DNA from: Azolla caroliniana
Taxonomy: Eukaryota; Plantae; Polypodiophyta
Assembly: GCA_043228905.1 (NCBI GenBank)
Contig: JBHGNT010000011.1
Coordinates: 10,726,001 to 10,790,000, forward strand
Length of the DNA: 64,000 nt
Direction: 5' to 3'
The notes beneath the pieces are model-generated. The model ran no database searches and was not told the origin of the DNA. It saw only the letters and a program-made list of their open reading frames with translations. How positions within the stretch are numbered: the stretch's first letter is position 1; every line of letters starts with the position of its first letter. The position numbers and the translations under genes were made by a program. This document shows positions 49,042 to 60,993 of the stretch, piece by piece.

Positions 49042-49675
49042 TGTCGAGGTATTCCTCGCGGATGCGTGGAATGAGGCGGGACCTCGGGGGTCTTGTACCG
49101 AAGAGCAAGAGAGAAAGGAGAAGGGAACTCACTACGTGCGAGCGTAGATTCACAGGGACACGGCCCTTCGACACAAAGACGCGAGTGGGACAGCGACACA
49201 GAGAGACACGAATGTATGTATGTATTAACAAAGACAGACAACAAGAACACGAAGTCGGTTACAACCGAACAGGCCGGCGAACAGATGCCGATGCCTGTTC
49301 GTAAACGCACAGAAAGGAAAGAGTAGGTTGGAGGTGCTGCCGGAAGCACTCGGGCATTCCTCAGAGCAGCGCGAGCCTCCTGAAACCTGCGCAGAAAGAA
49401 GCTATGGAGTTTCGAAAGAGAGAGAGAGAGAGAGAGAGAGAGAAGCCTTCACCCACAAACCGACAGCACTTCGTCCTCAACTCTCCGCGATCCTTCGCCC
49501 CTCCTCGTCTCCCTCCTTTTATAGGCAAGGAAGGAGTCGTTTCCCCTTTACTTCCTACCTACCGAATCTACCTGCCTAGGATCTCCTATGTACAACATAA
49601 GGCGCACGTGCATGAAGAGCCAGTTCCTACGCTCCGGTGCACCGATTCCGCTTGTGGACGGTTTTCTTCACGACA
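49042..49675 (-). repeat. 3' LTR of E (634 bp)
   Basis: About 7 substitutions and an (AG)n length change relative to 55414-56051 (counted by eye). Confidence 0.95.
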
Positions 49676-49748
49676 TCCGCCCCCACCTAACCGCGCATCC
49701 ACCGGCATGCGCCAAATTGAGTTGGGACGGAGAAAACCGGTCCAGCCT

Positions 49749-52700
49749 TTATTCCCCGCCCGTCGGTTCTTCTTCGGTTTCGGATCGTTCGTCGTCCCGG
49801 TTCAGGTTATCCGGATCCGGCTCGTCGTCGTGATGCTTCTTGAACGCTTTGATCCGCTTCCCAACTACCGGTATCGCCATTCTCGTGCCGTCGAGTTCCG
49901 CCATATGGTATGTCCCGTTGTCGTTTGTGCTTTGTAGCACGTAAGGCCCGAACCACCTTCTTGCGAACTTCCGTGTCGCTTGGTGCTGGTTGTCGAGGCT
50001 GCTGTTGTAGACTAGCACCCAGTCGCCTTCCTCGATCTTCTTCGGTTGGAGCCGGTGCGTCCGGTCAAACCGGGCTTTGTTCCTCGTCCTTGCCACCCGA
50101 AGCTTTTCCGCAGCCTGCTCCACGTCCTCCGGTCTTCGCTCGAGCTGTCGTATGCGCGCCGTCAACAGTTCCTCCCGGCTCATCTCGTCTCTCCAGTCCA
50201 CGGTTGCCCATGAGGAGATCGTACGTTCCATCGGCATGATCGGCTTCTGCCCCAAACATGAGCTCTGCCGGCATGAATCCAGTTACCGAACTGTGCGTAG
50301 TTCGGTCCGCCCACAACGCGTAAGGCAACAGCCGCGGCCAGTTCCCGACTTGACCTCCGCATGCCCGAACTAACGCCTTGACGATCGGTCCGTCTCCGCG
50401 CTCCACCTTTCCATTCGCCTCTGGATTGTACGCAGTGGTAAGCGAGAGCTTGACTCCTAACCGGTCGAACAGCTCCTCGGCCTCTTCGGCGTCCAACTCC
50501 CCGCGATCAGCCACGATCTTCCCGACGCACCCGTACCGGCATATCACGTCCTTGATCAGGAACCGACATACGGCTGCAGTCGTTTTGTTCTGAAGGGCCC
50601 GGCCTTCCACCTGGTTCGTCAGATCTTCCTGAGCCAGGACCAGGTACCGCATCTGTCCTACTCCCATCGGCATCGTCACCAGATCTACCATCCATTTGAA
50701 GTGGATGGTCGGAGGGTACGTAGGGTGAAGCTCGTCCCGATGTCGGACTACGGAGTGCATCTGACAGCTCTCGCAAGTTGTCACGAACCGATGCACGTCC
50801 CGGTACAGTCCCGGCCACCAGTACTTCCCCTTTATCTTCTCGAACGTGGCCCACGTTCCACGGTGACCAGCCCAAGGGCTGTCGTGGTAAGCCGTCAGCA
50901 GCTCCTCCTGATCTTCCTTCATCGCCACCACCCGGAGCGGGACGCCGTTCCTCTTCTTCGGGTGCTTCCATAAGTATCCGTCCCGGAGAAAGAATCGGTA
51001 AGCTTTCTTCCGGATCCGGTTGGCCTCGTCCTTCGTCCATGACGCATCCTGCATCATTGTCCTCAAAAATCCACCGATCTGGAGCCACTCGCCGTCGTAC
51101 TTGCTCTCGTCGAAGTCGTTACGTGCCGGAGTGCTCGTCCCATCGGTCGTCACGTACGCCGCCTCAAAGAAGTCCACGCCGACTTCTTCGTCCTCCGAAA
51201 CCATGCCGCCCTCGTCATCAAACCTCGCCCTCGAAAGCATGTCGGCCATGGCGTTGTCCTTTCCGGAAATGTGCCGTATTTCCGGATCCAGGGACTTGAT
51301 GTATGCTATCCACCTGAGCATCGCCAGGTCCGGTGTCGCGCATCCGGAAACCATGCCGAGAATTGGCAGGCAATCCATCTCGATCATCACTTCTGTCCCG
51401 ATCAAGTAGTCTTTGTCGGCCTTTACTGCTGAAACGATACCCCAGAGTTCGCGTTTAACCTGGGCGTACCCTCGTTGTCGCTCACTGAGGACCTTCGCGC
51501 CGAATCAGATCGGGAACTAAAGGCCGTCCCCGTCTTCTTGGTTGACGACCCATCCGATCCCGGTCGGACTCGTATCCACCGTTATGTATACCGGGGTACC
51601 CTTCTCGTAGACAGCCTTCCGGAGCGCCGGTGCTGCCGCAAGAGCTTCCTTCAGTTTCCGGACCGACTCCATGTGCTCGTCTCGCCACTCGAATTTTCGC
51701 CCTTTCTTCAGCAACCCGTATAGCGGCTCCGCAACATGGGCGTAATGCGGGATCCATATGTGGTAGAATGCGCATGCCCCCAGGAACCTCCGAACTTCCG
51801 TAACCGAGCTACAGTCGGTCTTCATCGCGGAGATGGCTTCTACCTTTGCCGGAGACGGCTTCCGGCCATATGGTCCACATAGGTGTCCGATCACCAGGAT
51901 TTCTGATTGCCCGAAGGCCGATTTCTCCCCGAAGAAGGTGAGCCTCGCATCCTCTAGCCTTTGTAGCACCTTTTCGCAGTCGTCGATGTGTGCTGCCACG
52001 AATCGCCGGCATCCGTCCGGTCCGAGTGTTGCGTCCTTCTCTTCCACCGGGCACCCCTTGATCGGGATGTCGTCTAGAAATGGCATGGTGATGTCCGGGA
52101 TGCAATCCCTCAGTACCTTGTTCATTGCATTCACCATGTGGGCCACCGAGTTGGTCCCTCCTTGTGGCAGGGTACACATTCGCACTAGGCCGAGGGGAGT
52201 TCGCATCGTCGTAATGTCTCTGCTCTCCACGGCTAGCTGGAACTGGTCGTACCCCGAGTATAGATCACCGACCGAGTAAATCGACCTTCCGGCGAAGGCC
52301 TCCGCGAACTCGTCTATGGTCGGTTCGATTCCTGCGTTCCGAATGGTCACTCTGTTGACCGGTTGCAGGTCCTGAATGAAGCGCAATGTTCCGTTTTTCT
52401 TTGGTACGGTAAACCATCGGTTCGAGTATGGCGCGCTCGACGGTTCGAGAATACCCATATCGACTTTCTGCCTCAGTAGCTCCATCAACTCCGGGATGTG
52501 AGCTCTTGGTACCGGAATTGGCTTGAGATTCCACGGCACATGCGGTACCGTGAATATCACCATCGGCTCCACGATTGTCGGGTCTACGCACCCGATCTTT
52601 TCCGGCGAGAATGCGAAGGCTTTCTCGTGCCTTCCGAGCATCCTCCGAAACCGGTCTTCCTCCGCCGGTAGTAGGAACCCGCCCCCACCGATCTTGAGCT

Positions 52701-55370
52701 CCCGGAGCGTCCCGTCGATGAAGGTGTGTCCTATGCAAGCCGGATCTCGTAAACTGGGGGCCGACGCCACCCCTCTGATTCGGGACTCGTTGCCCTCCGG
52801 TAAGGGTGCCGCGACTAGCCTTACCTTCCGGTCCACAGTCTTGTACTTCGTGCTAACTCGGGCCGTCTGATCCGACCCGAGCCCCCGACTGAAGTTCGCG
52901 ATGACTTCGTACATCTCTTCGGAACATACCGGTATCGTCCGGTCTTCATTAAGGTCTTCTCCGGCTACCTTCCTCAGCATCCCCAAGGTGTCGTCGAAGG
53001 AGACCGCCTCCACGGCTCCGCTGATTTCCTCGTCCGGGCCGAGAACTCCGCACGCTCGAAGTCACTCCTCCGCCCTTGCCCTTTTTCGGCCAACGATGCC
53101 GACTATCATACATCCTCCGTCGTCGGAGAAGCAAAATTTCCTGCCTATCGTACAAGGTTTCTACGGTTTCGATTCTATCGTACAGCTGTGGGGTCTTTCC
53201 TGAGTGTCCGGACTGTCTCGGCCCCACGCCTTGGCAGCCCTCTCTAAAAATCCTCCCGGTTCTCGCCACCGAGGGATTCGTGGTTTCGCTCGTGGTTCGG
53301 CCGCACCGTTAGAAATTGGACCGAATGGCGCCCGTCCTGGCTTTTGACCCTCGCGTAGGCTGAACCGTTGTCCAGCACATTGGTCTCCATCTGCGCTGCC
53401 GTGATGTATGGTTCCCCTAATATGACCGGGTGCGAGGACGTCTCTTGTACGAAGAAGTGTTGGTCAATCTCGACGTCGCCAATCTTGACTCGCACGTTCA
53501 GGCAGGCCCCGTGCAGTTCCTCGGTGGCGCGCGTCGCCGCCCGTATCTTCCACCCGTGCTTGGTGTTGATCGGCCACTTTCCCTTCTTATAGAAGTCCAT
53601 GGACATCAGGTTTATTTCCGAACCGTGGTCCACCAATGCCACCACCGGTTCCTGAACATCTCCGATCTTTATCGGGGTCTCCGTGGTCGCTCGGGCCCAG
53701 TGCGGCCTTGAATAGTGGCTCTCCGCCCACTCATCTTCCAGCGCCATGTCGTCGATGTGCGTCGTCCGCACCTCCACCGATCTTTCCGGTTCCGTCTCCG
53801 TCGACAGCCTCTTCCGTTTCACCAGGTCCACAATGGAGTCGTGGAACTCCTTCTTGGCGATCCCTAGCACCTCTCGTAATGACAGCTCCACTTTGCTGTC
53901 GAGGATCCGTTCTTCTAGGACCTTTCGTAGGTCCGTGGTCCTTTCTATTTCCGTCCCCAGTCGGTATCCGCCCTTCCTGGGGTTATCTTGCAAGCTGGAC
54001 CCACCGGCGTCGTTCCATCGTTGCCCGAATCGGGTCTCGTACCGTTGTGAGGGCCCGGCCGATCCGGCTTTCCCCACTCGTTTGTCTTCTACCAGAGCCT
54101 CGTAGTTCCGGCAGGCAGCTTCTACGAAGCCCGTCTTCTCCTCGACCGGGTCGCTCCACCCGGTTATTTCCCGGACCCGTCTCTCAGCGCGGTCCGTTTC
54201 ATCTTTCCTCAATCGTGCGCCGGCGAGGCCTTCCAGCATTGCCGACCAGAATCCGTCTTTGCTCTCCTTTCAGGCCTCGCTGCCCCCGACCCGAATACCG
54301 GCTGACGCCGAGTAGTGGATGGCCTCCACGTGTCAGGCCGCTGCCTCTTCCATCAGTCTCTTCATACCTCCTCGCCCGTCGTTTCGGTTCTGGGCCCTTC
54401 TGGTGTCGCCGGCGTGCACCCGGCCTTCCCACAGGTACACCACCCGGTTCCTCAACGCCTCTGCGAAATCGCCGCAGTCCTTCCGAATGTGGCCGACCTC
54501 GTCGCACCACATGCACCTGTTCCCTGCTGCCGGCCGTTGGTCACGAGCCGGTTCGCCGCCTTCCCTTCGAGCCTGGGCGATCTGGAGATCCTTTATCACC
54601 CGCGTCAACTCCTCCAGCGCTGCTCCTCCGGATGAGCCATTGACCATGCCGGTCGAAGCCGAACCGGTTTCGAGCCACTCCCGGGCTTCTGCCCTTCGCT
54701 CTTGCGGTGCCGGTTCAAGCCTCCTTGCCGTGACAGAGCCCGCACCGGCCGCCCCGTTATCAGCCCATTCTCGCCGTTTGTCGAAACGGCCACAGACTCT
54801 CTTAACCGCAGCCCAGTCGGTCGTCAGCCCGTCTTCGGTTTCCAGCAAGGAGCCAACTTGATCCCGGTCCCGCTCGTCCACCGACTTGACGAATAGTAGG
54901 ACCCGTCTCATATCCAGAACGGTTCGGTCAAGCGCCGAAAGGCGCGCAAAGCGTTCCGCAAACTCCCGGAGGAGTGCCGACACGTTTCTTCCCTTGCCAG
55001 GGGACTCCACCCATTCCATGAAGTCCCGTTTCGAAAGCCGGAGCGCGTCGTCCAGCCCGTATTTTTCTAGGAGTCAGCCTTCGAACTCCTTCCAGGTACG
55101 GCTCTCCGCCCGTACCTCGAGCACCTCCGCATGGATGCTCGGCATCGCCACTCGAGGGAACCCGGCAAGACGCCTCTCTTCCGGAATGTCCCGCATCAGC
55201 ATTTCTGCCCCGTAGGACGCCAAATACTTCGTGGCATCCTTTCCGCTGAACCGGCCGATCGTACCGATGACCGCCTCAATGGCTCTGTCGAGGGCGTCGG
55301 AGCCCTCGCGTGCGCTCAATATCCGATCCACGGCCGAAGCCATGGCCTCCGCAAGATCCGACCCTTTCAT
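49749..55370 (-). pseudogene. gag-protease and pol of E, with several stops and frameshifts
   Basis: CMWCDEVGHIRKDC, LVDHGSEINLM, MPFLDD, NGKVER, WFGPY; several in-frame TGA codons consistent with CGA-to-TGA. Confidence 0.93.
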
Positions 55371-55392
55371 CTTCTGCTCTTCTGCCGCCTCT

Positions 55393-55410
55393 TTCACGTC
55401 GGGTTCACCA
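55393..55410 (-). promoter_or_regulatory. Primer binding site of E (tRNA-Trp)
   Basis: TGGTGAACCCGACGTGAA, three bases after the LTR end. Confidence 0.88.
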
Positions 55411-55413
55411 AGA

Positions 55414-55785
55414 TGTCGAGGTATTCCTCGCGGATGCGTGGAATGAGGCGGGACCTCGGGGGTCTTGTACCGAAGAGCAAGAGAGAAAGGAGAAGGGAAC
55501 CCACTACGTGCGAGCGTAGATTCACAGGGACACGGCCCTTCGACACAAAGACGCGAGTGGGACAGTGACACAGAGAGACACGAATGTATGTATGTATTAA
55601 CAAAGACAGACAACAAGAACACGAAGTCGGTTACAACCGAACAAGCCGGCGAACAGATGTCGATGCCTGTTCGTAAACGCACAGAAAGGAAAGAGTAGGT
55701 TGGAGGTGCTGCCGGAAGCACTCGGGCATTCCTCAGAGCAGCGCGAGCCTCCTGAAACCTGCGCAGAAAGAAGCTATGGAGTTTC

Positions 55786-55821
<36 letters not shown>

Positions 55822-56051
55822 CCTTCACCCACAAACCGACAGCACTTCGTCCTCGACTCTCCGCGATCCTTCGCCCCTCCTCGTCTCCCTCATTTTATAG
55901 GCAAGGAAGGAGCCGTTTCCCCTTTACTTCCTACCTACCGAATCTACCTGCCTAGGATCTCCTATGTACAACATAAGGCGCACGTGCATGAAGAGCCAGT
56001 TCCTACGCTCCGGTGCACCGATTCCGCTTGTGGACGGTTTTCTTCACGACA
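55414..56051 (-). repeat. 5' LTR of E (638 bp)
   Basis: Direct repeat of 49042-49675. Confidence 0.95.
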
Positions 56052-56446
56052 ACGTGTGTAGAAGCGTATGTGAAACACAGAGTACACAGTTCAGAAAAAC
56101 ACAGAAAACACAGAGATGGAGAGGGAGAGGGAGAGACAGAGAGAGAGAGCAGACAACTCAGTTCTATTTCAAAATAATGACACTCTGTACATACTTCGTG
56201 CTCAGTGAGCACCTTTTATACAAGCCCTGATAATCGGGTTGACACAAGTACTGACAGTACTTGACTACTCATAAATGAGCCTACTACACTAACTCCCAAA
56301 ATTATTCCTTACGAGGAATACCATACTAACGGCCTTTCAGTTTACGCACCGATATGGCCACATTATGCGTACTATTTTACGCACCCAGTCTACGCACTAG
56401 GTTACGCACCGTGTTACGCACCCAATGTTGATCTTGTCACTCAACA

Positions 56447-57775
56447 CATCTCAATGGCGAACATTCGAAAACATCTGACATTCCTTACATGTTTCCACGT
56501 AAGTTGCTACATCCTTGTAGATGCCCGGCCACCAATATTTCTCCTTAAGCTTCGCAAACGTAGCCCATATTCCTCGATGGCCTACCCAAACACTATCATG
56601 AAATTCAAACATCAATTTTTGTTGGTCTTCCAGCTTGCAGACAACTCGCATTGGAGTTCCATTCTTCTTCTTGGCATGTCTCCAAAGAGCTCCATCCTTA
56701 AGGAAATAACTGTACACCTTCTTCCGTATTCGGTGGAAGTCTTCTGTCGACCAGGATTCATCTCTTTAGAGAGAACTCAAGTACTTTCCGATCTCCACGA
56801 ATTCGCCTTCGTAGTCCTCTTCTATGAAAGTAGTCAGCACCCGAGCATAGGAACTTGTAAAGAAGTCCAAGCCAACATCCTCTTCATCAGAATGTAGATC
56901 TTCTTCTCCGTCACATCTCGCTCGTGATAGAATGTCTGCAACGACATTATGCTTCCCAGCTACATGACGGATCTCTGGGTTGAGTGATTTGATATATGCG
57001 ATCCAACGTAACATGGCAATATCTGGTGTACTACAACCAGATATCATGCCAAGATTGGTAGGCAATCTGTCTCAATTATGACTTCTCCCCCAATGAGGTA
57101 GTCATGATCAGACTTGATCATCGATACTTTACTTGGGATACTTTCTTTGCCTGTCATTTAACACTTTTGCACAAAACCGAATTGCGTATCAATTGCAATC
57201 TTCGTCTTCTTGGTTAATAACCCATATGATTCCAGTCGGACTAGTATCCACGGTCACGAAAATGGGCTTGCCTTATGAATAGTCCGCCTTCCGTAATGCA
57301 GGTGTCTCCATCAGTAATTTCTTCAACCTTCGGATGGTGAAAGTATGCTCGCTCGTCCATTCAAACCTCTGCTTCTTCTTTAGTAGATTGTACAATGGCA
57401 CAACAATGTGGGTGTAGTGTGGAATCCAAATATGATAAAACACGCATGCTCTAAGGAACCTTCGAACCTTCGTTTGGGTTATGTGTTCTTCTTTCATGTC
57501 TTGGATCGCATTCACCTTGGATGGCGAAGGCTTCCTGCCGTATGCTCCACATAGGTGACCTACCGCCAAGATCTTCGGTTGCCTTCTGAATAGTCCGCCT
57601 TCCGTAATGCAGGTGCCTCCATCAGTAATTTCTTCAGCCTTCGAATGGTGAAAGTATGCTCGCTCGTCCATTCAAACCTCCGCTTCTCCTTCAGCACACT
57701 GTACAATGGCTCAGCAATGTGGGCGTAGTGTGGAATCCAAATATGATAAAACACTCCAAGGAACCTTCGAACAAG
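56447..57775 (-). mobile_element. Gypsy fragment H (E-related RT end, RH, integrase zinc finger), target of Copia G
   Basis: LRWIAYIKSL, GHRGIWATF, CKECQ; internal duplication with ~310-bp period. Confidence 0.85.
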
Positions 57776-59199
57776 GTTCCAATCTTGCTTCCACCCTTCT
57801 CTATATGCACTCAATCCCACTAGTCCCTAGGTTTGTTTTTTATTTATTTACAAGTATTTGTGTAATGTGCGTGGAACCACACTTTTTCACTTTTTCTCCC
57901 ACTGGACACACAACATCACGACACCGGGATTCAGCAACATTGACTTGGTTGTTGGTTGGAGAACGGTTTGAATTGGATTGTCCTTGTGTCCGATCGAATC
58001 GCCGACCATTCTCCTTTCTTTTTATAGAACAACAGTTGGAAACATTGTGATTGGTCTTTTTGCATTGTGTGTAGAAGACACTTGATCGATTATTCCTCGA
58101 CTTCGACCGTTATCAATCTTCCCTGCTTCTCGGTTTTCTAGTATTTCGACCGGTTCTTTCAGCTTGTTTTCTCAATCGGTTGGTTCGTCCGATCGACTCA
58201 ATCGAGTAGTGGTTTTCTGCCGATTCATTGATGGTGAGTCCCCTCAATTTTCGCCGAATGTTCTCAGTGAGGACTTGTCTAATCGTTTCGTCCAGATTGA
58301 GCTCTGGACAATTGTTGACGAATGTCGTGCAGAATACCTCCCAACTCGCTAGCAAGCTCAAAAGGAGAGCAAGGGCTTTAACTTCTTCTTCGAAGTTAAT
58401 CCCTTGGGAGGAGAGTTTAGACAACACTCGGTTGAAGGTGTTGATGTGGGAGGTCATCAGATCCGTCTCTCTCATCTTCATATTGAAAATAGTTGTCAGA
58501 TCAATATGAGCTTTGACGAGGAAGACTTCTTCTCATAAACGGCCTGAAGTTTCTCCCACAAAGAGAATGTCGTTGTCTCCTTGGCCATGCTAAAATAGAC
58601 GTTCTTGGCCAGGTGCATCCGGATGGTCGATCATGCAATTTCGTCCATGGATCTCCACTCTTCAACAAACATCGATGTTGGTTTGTCATTTTGGCGAATC
58701 ATTTTGACCTATCTTCAGATTATGAGCACATATTGCATCATTTCTTTCCATAGGGTGAAGTTCTTCCTGTCGAACTTCCGCATTTCCACATTCGTGTCGG
58801 ACTGTGTCACCATTTTCTGGAAAGTAGATGTGGTTGGCCTTGTCTTTTCTCTCAGTCTAATAGCTTCTCTTCTCAATCTTTGTTGTTCGTTGTCGCTGGA
58901 CAGCAAGGTCACTCGGATACCAAATGTTGTAGATATTATGCTAATGGTGGGTAGTGGATGATGAGACTTGCGAGAAGATGTGTACAGCAAACAACATAGA
59001 CAAAGTATTGCTAATGCAAGAAGGTAGAAGGTAAGTTAGACACAATTAGCTCTAATGGAGTCTCTGTTTATTCTCTTCTTAATGAACTCTCTCTCTCTTT
59101 TTACAATGATATAGTTGGGTTTGTATACTCAATCCCTAACTTGTGAATGTGTTCACACCTAAGGATACATTTGGAAGGAGTCGGCCTTTTATGCCAACA
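57776..59199 (-). mobile_element. Copia fragment L: gag, PBS and 5' LTR (58925-59199)
   Basis: KFDRKNFTLWK, HINTFN..KALALL, knuckle CTQCKKTNHNVSNC; PBS TGGTATCCGAG; TGTTG/CAACA termini. Confidence 0.78.
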
Positions 59200-60158
59200 A
59201 GAGCTATTAAGTTTATGGGAAAATGCCTTTGGTATGTAAACTCAAGAAAAGTTTATATGGTCATAAGCATTCTCCTTGAAAGTGGTATAAAAAATTCTTA
59301 ACAATTTCTTGTTGGTAGGCTTATATATGTTATGATCGCGAGTAGATTGCAATCAAACCTTGGCAAGAAACATTGGGAAACAGTTAAAATGATGCTAAGA
59401 TATTTGAATGGTGTTACAAATAAGTGCCTATGTTTAGGTGGCTGAAATGTATCCATTATTGGATATACCTCAACTTGTTACATGGGCATACCAATGTTTA
59501 GGTGTCTTTCCAGATTACCTTGTGACAGGGGCATACCTATGTTTAGGTGCCTTTCCAAATTACCTTGTGACATGGGCATACCTCAACTTGTACCCATACT
59601 ATTTTGTGATAGTTAGAGTGCCATTGCATTGGATAAAAACACAGTATACCATGCAACGACCGAGCACATTAGAGTGCGATACCACTTCATCCAAGAATGC
59701 ATAGTTGCTGGCTATTTCAGTCTTGAGAAGGTTGTCTCTCAAGAAAATGCCACAGATGCATTGACCAAAGGTCTACCACACGATACACTAGAGCATTGTT
59801 GTCACTTGATGGGAATTACTTAGTTCTTCAGGTAATACAATTGTTTTATGTATATTGTGTAACCTATCCATCAAGTAGTATGTATAATCTTCCCATCAAC
59901 TTTGCTGATTCTTTTTTTGCCTTTAGTGGGAGATTGACGCATAGTGAGAAAAGCCAAAAAGGTAATTCTCACTATTTATTAGTAGGTATACCGTATATAT
60001 AAGTTAACATGTAAGAAAGGTTTTTTGTTTGTGCCCACCTAAAACATTGTGTGTGTGTTTATCTATCTGTGTCGCTCTCTTTCTCTGTGGTCCATCATCT
60101 TCTCCATAGGTCAAACAACAACTCAGCCACTTCTCCCTTTCCCTTACAATCGACAACA
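59200..60158 (+). mobile_element. Old Copia remnant M (RT end, RNase H, PPT, LTR)
   Basis: KHWETVKMMLRYL, HIRVRYHFIQE..NATDALTKGL; PPT AGTGGGAGA near 59925. Confidence 0.65.
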
Positions 60159-60159
60159 A

Positions 60160-60678
60160 TTCAATTCGGTTTGGTTTGAGAGTGTCAAACTCAAACTTTA
60201 AAAAAAATTTGAAACTTAAACCAAACTTAATCGAACCAGAAAGCGTTTAACCCGAACCGTTACAAAATATTCAAGCTCAAACCAAATGGTTTTATAGACC
60301 TTCAAACCTCTTTAAACCGTTAAAATAACGATTTCGCGGTTCAGTTTTGGTTTTCAAGTTATGTTAAAATTCAAAATTTCACATCCTAATTTTAAAAATT
60401 TTTAATTTTGGTTTTCAAGTTAATGTCAAAATTCAAATTTTCACATTTTAATTTTAGAAATTTAAAATTTTTTAATATTTCAGATTTTTAATTTTAAATC
60501 GCTTTGAACCGTTTAAACCGATAAAGGCTAGAACCAAACTGAAGTGAACTGTAAACCCCCAAACCAAACCAAATCAGAACCGAACCGTTTACAAAAACCT
60601 GAACGAAACTATTTAAACCATTAAACTGTTAAGCCGCGGTTTCGTGGTTTGGTCAAACCGAACGGTTGCGGATCCGTA
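60160..60678. mobile_element. hAT-like non-autonomous element end
   Basis: Dense AAACCG/CGGTTT motifs; terminus reads TACGGATCCGCAACCG on the minus strand; partner end not found. Confidence 0.5.
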
Positions 60679-60993
60679 CCTTTTCCTAGAATGGCTGATC
60701 TTTTGGGCATTTTTCAACAGCTGCCCCCTTTTGGGCATTTTTCATTTTGTTTTTTGGAGGAAAATAAGACAAGAACGTGGTTTTAATTTTTAAAAGAAGA
60801 GATCTAGAGAAAAAGAAAAAGCTATGGGGGACAAGACAGGAACATTAGCTAAATATGGGTGGTAAAGAAAGGTGGGAATTTGTATGGATCAAAAGATCTG
60901 TATGTCTCTCCTTCCTCTTGTCACTCTCTCCATATATATATATATATATATGTATGTATACATTGCTTCTTGGCAACTCAGTTGTAACCAATC

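Larger units (their letters stand above)
49042..56051 (-). mobile_element. Full-length Ty3/Gypsy element E (7010 bp), tRNA-Trp primed, recent but coding-dead
   Basis: Two LTRs, TSD ACGT on both sides, PBS 55393-55410, PPT 49676-49687, gag-PR-RT-RH-IN. Confidence 0.96.
45121..56446 (-). mobile_element. Decayed Copia G (I family): integrase core deleted, 3' LTR missing, 5' LTR (49027-49041 plus 56056-56446) split by E
   Basis: gag KKLQLRQEL, RT DLGDLHYFL, YTDADW; PBS TGGTATTAGAGC at 49015-49026; LTR begins TGTTGAG at 56446. Confidence 0.85.

Noticed and set aside
55074-55832. 252-aa ORF starting inside the LTR of E
   Set aside because: N-terminus is LTR and microsatellite sequence read through the PBS; gag more plausibly starts at 55370.
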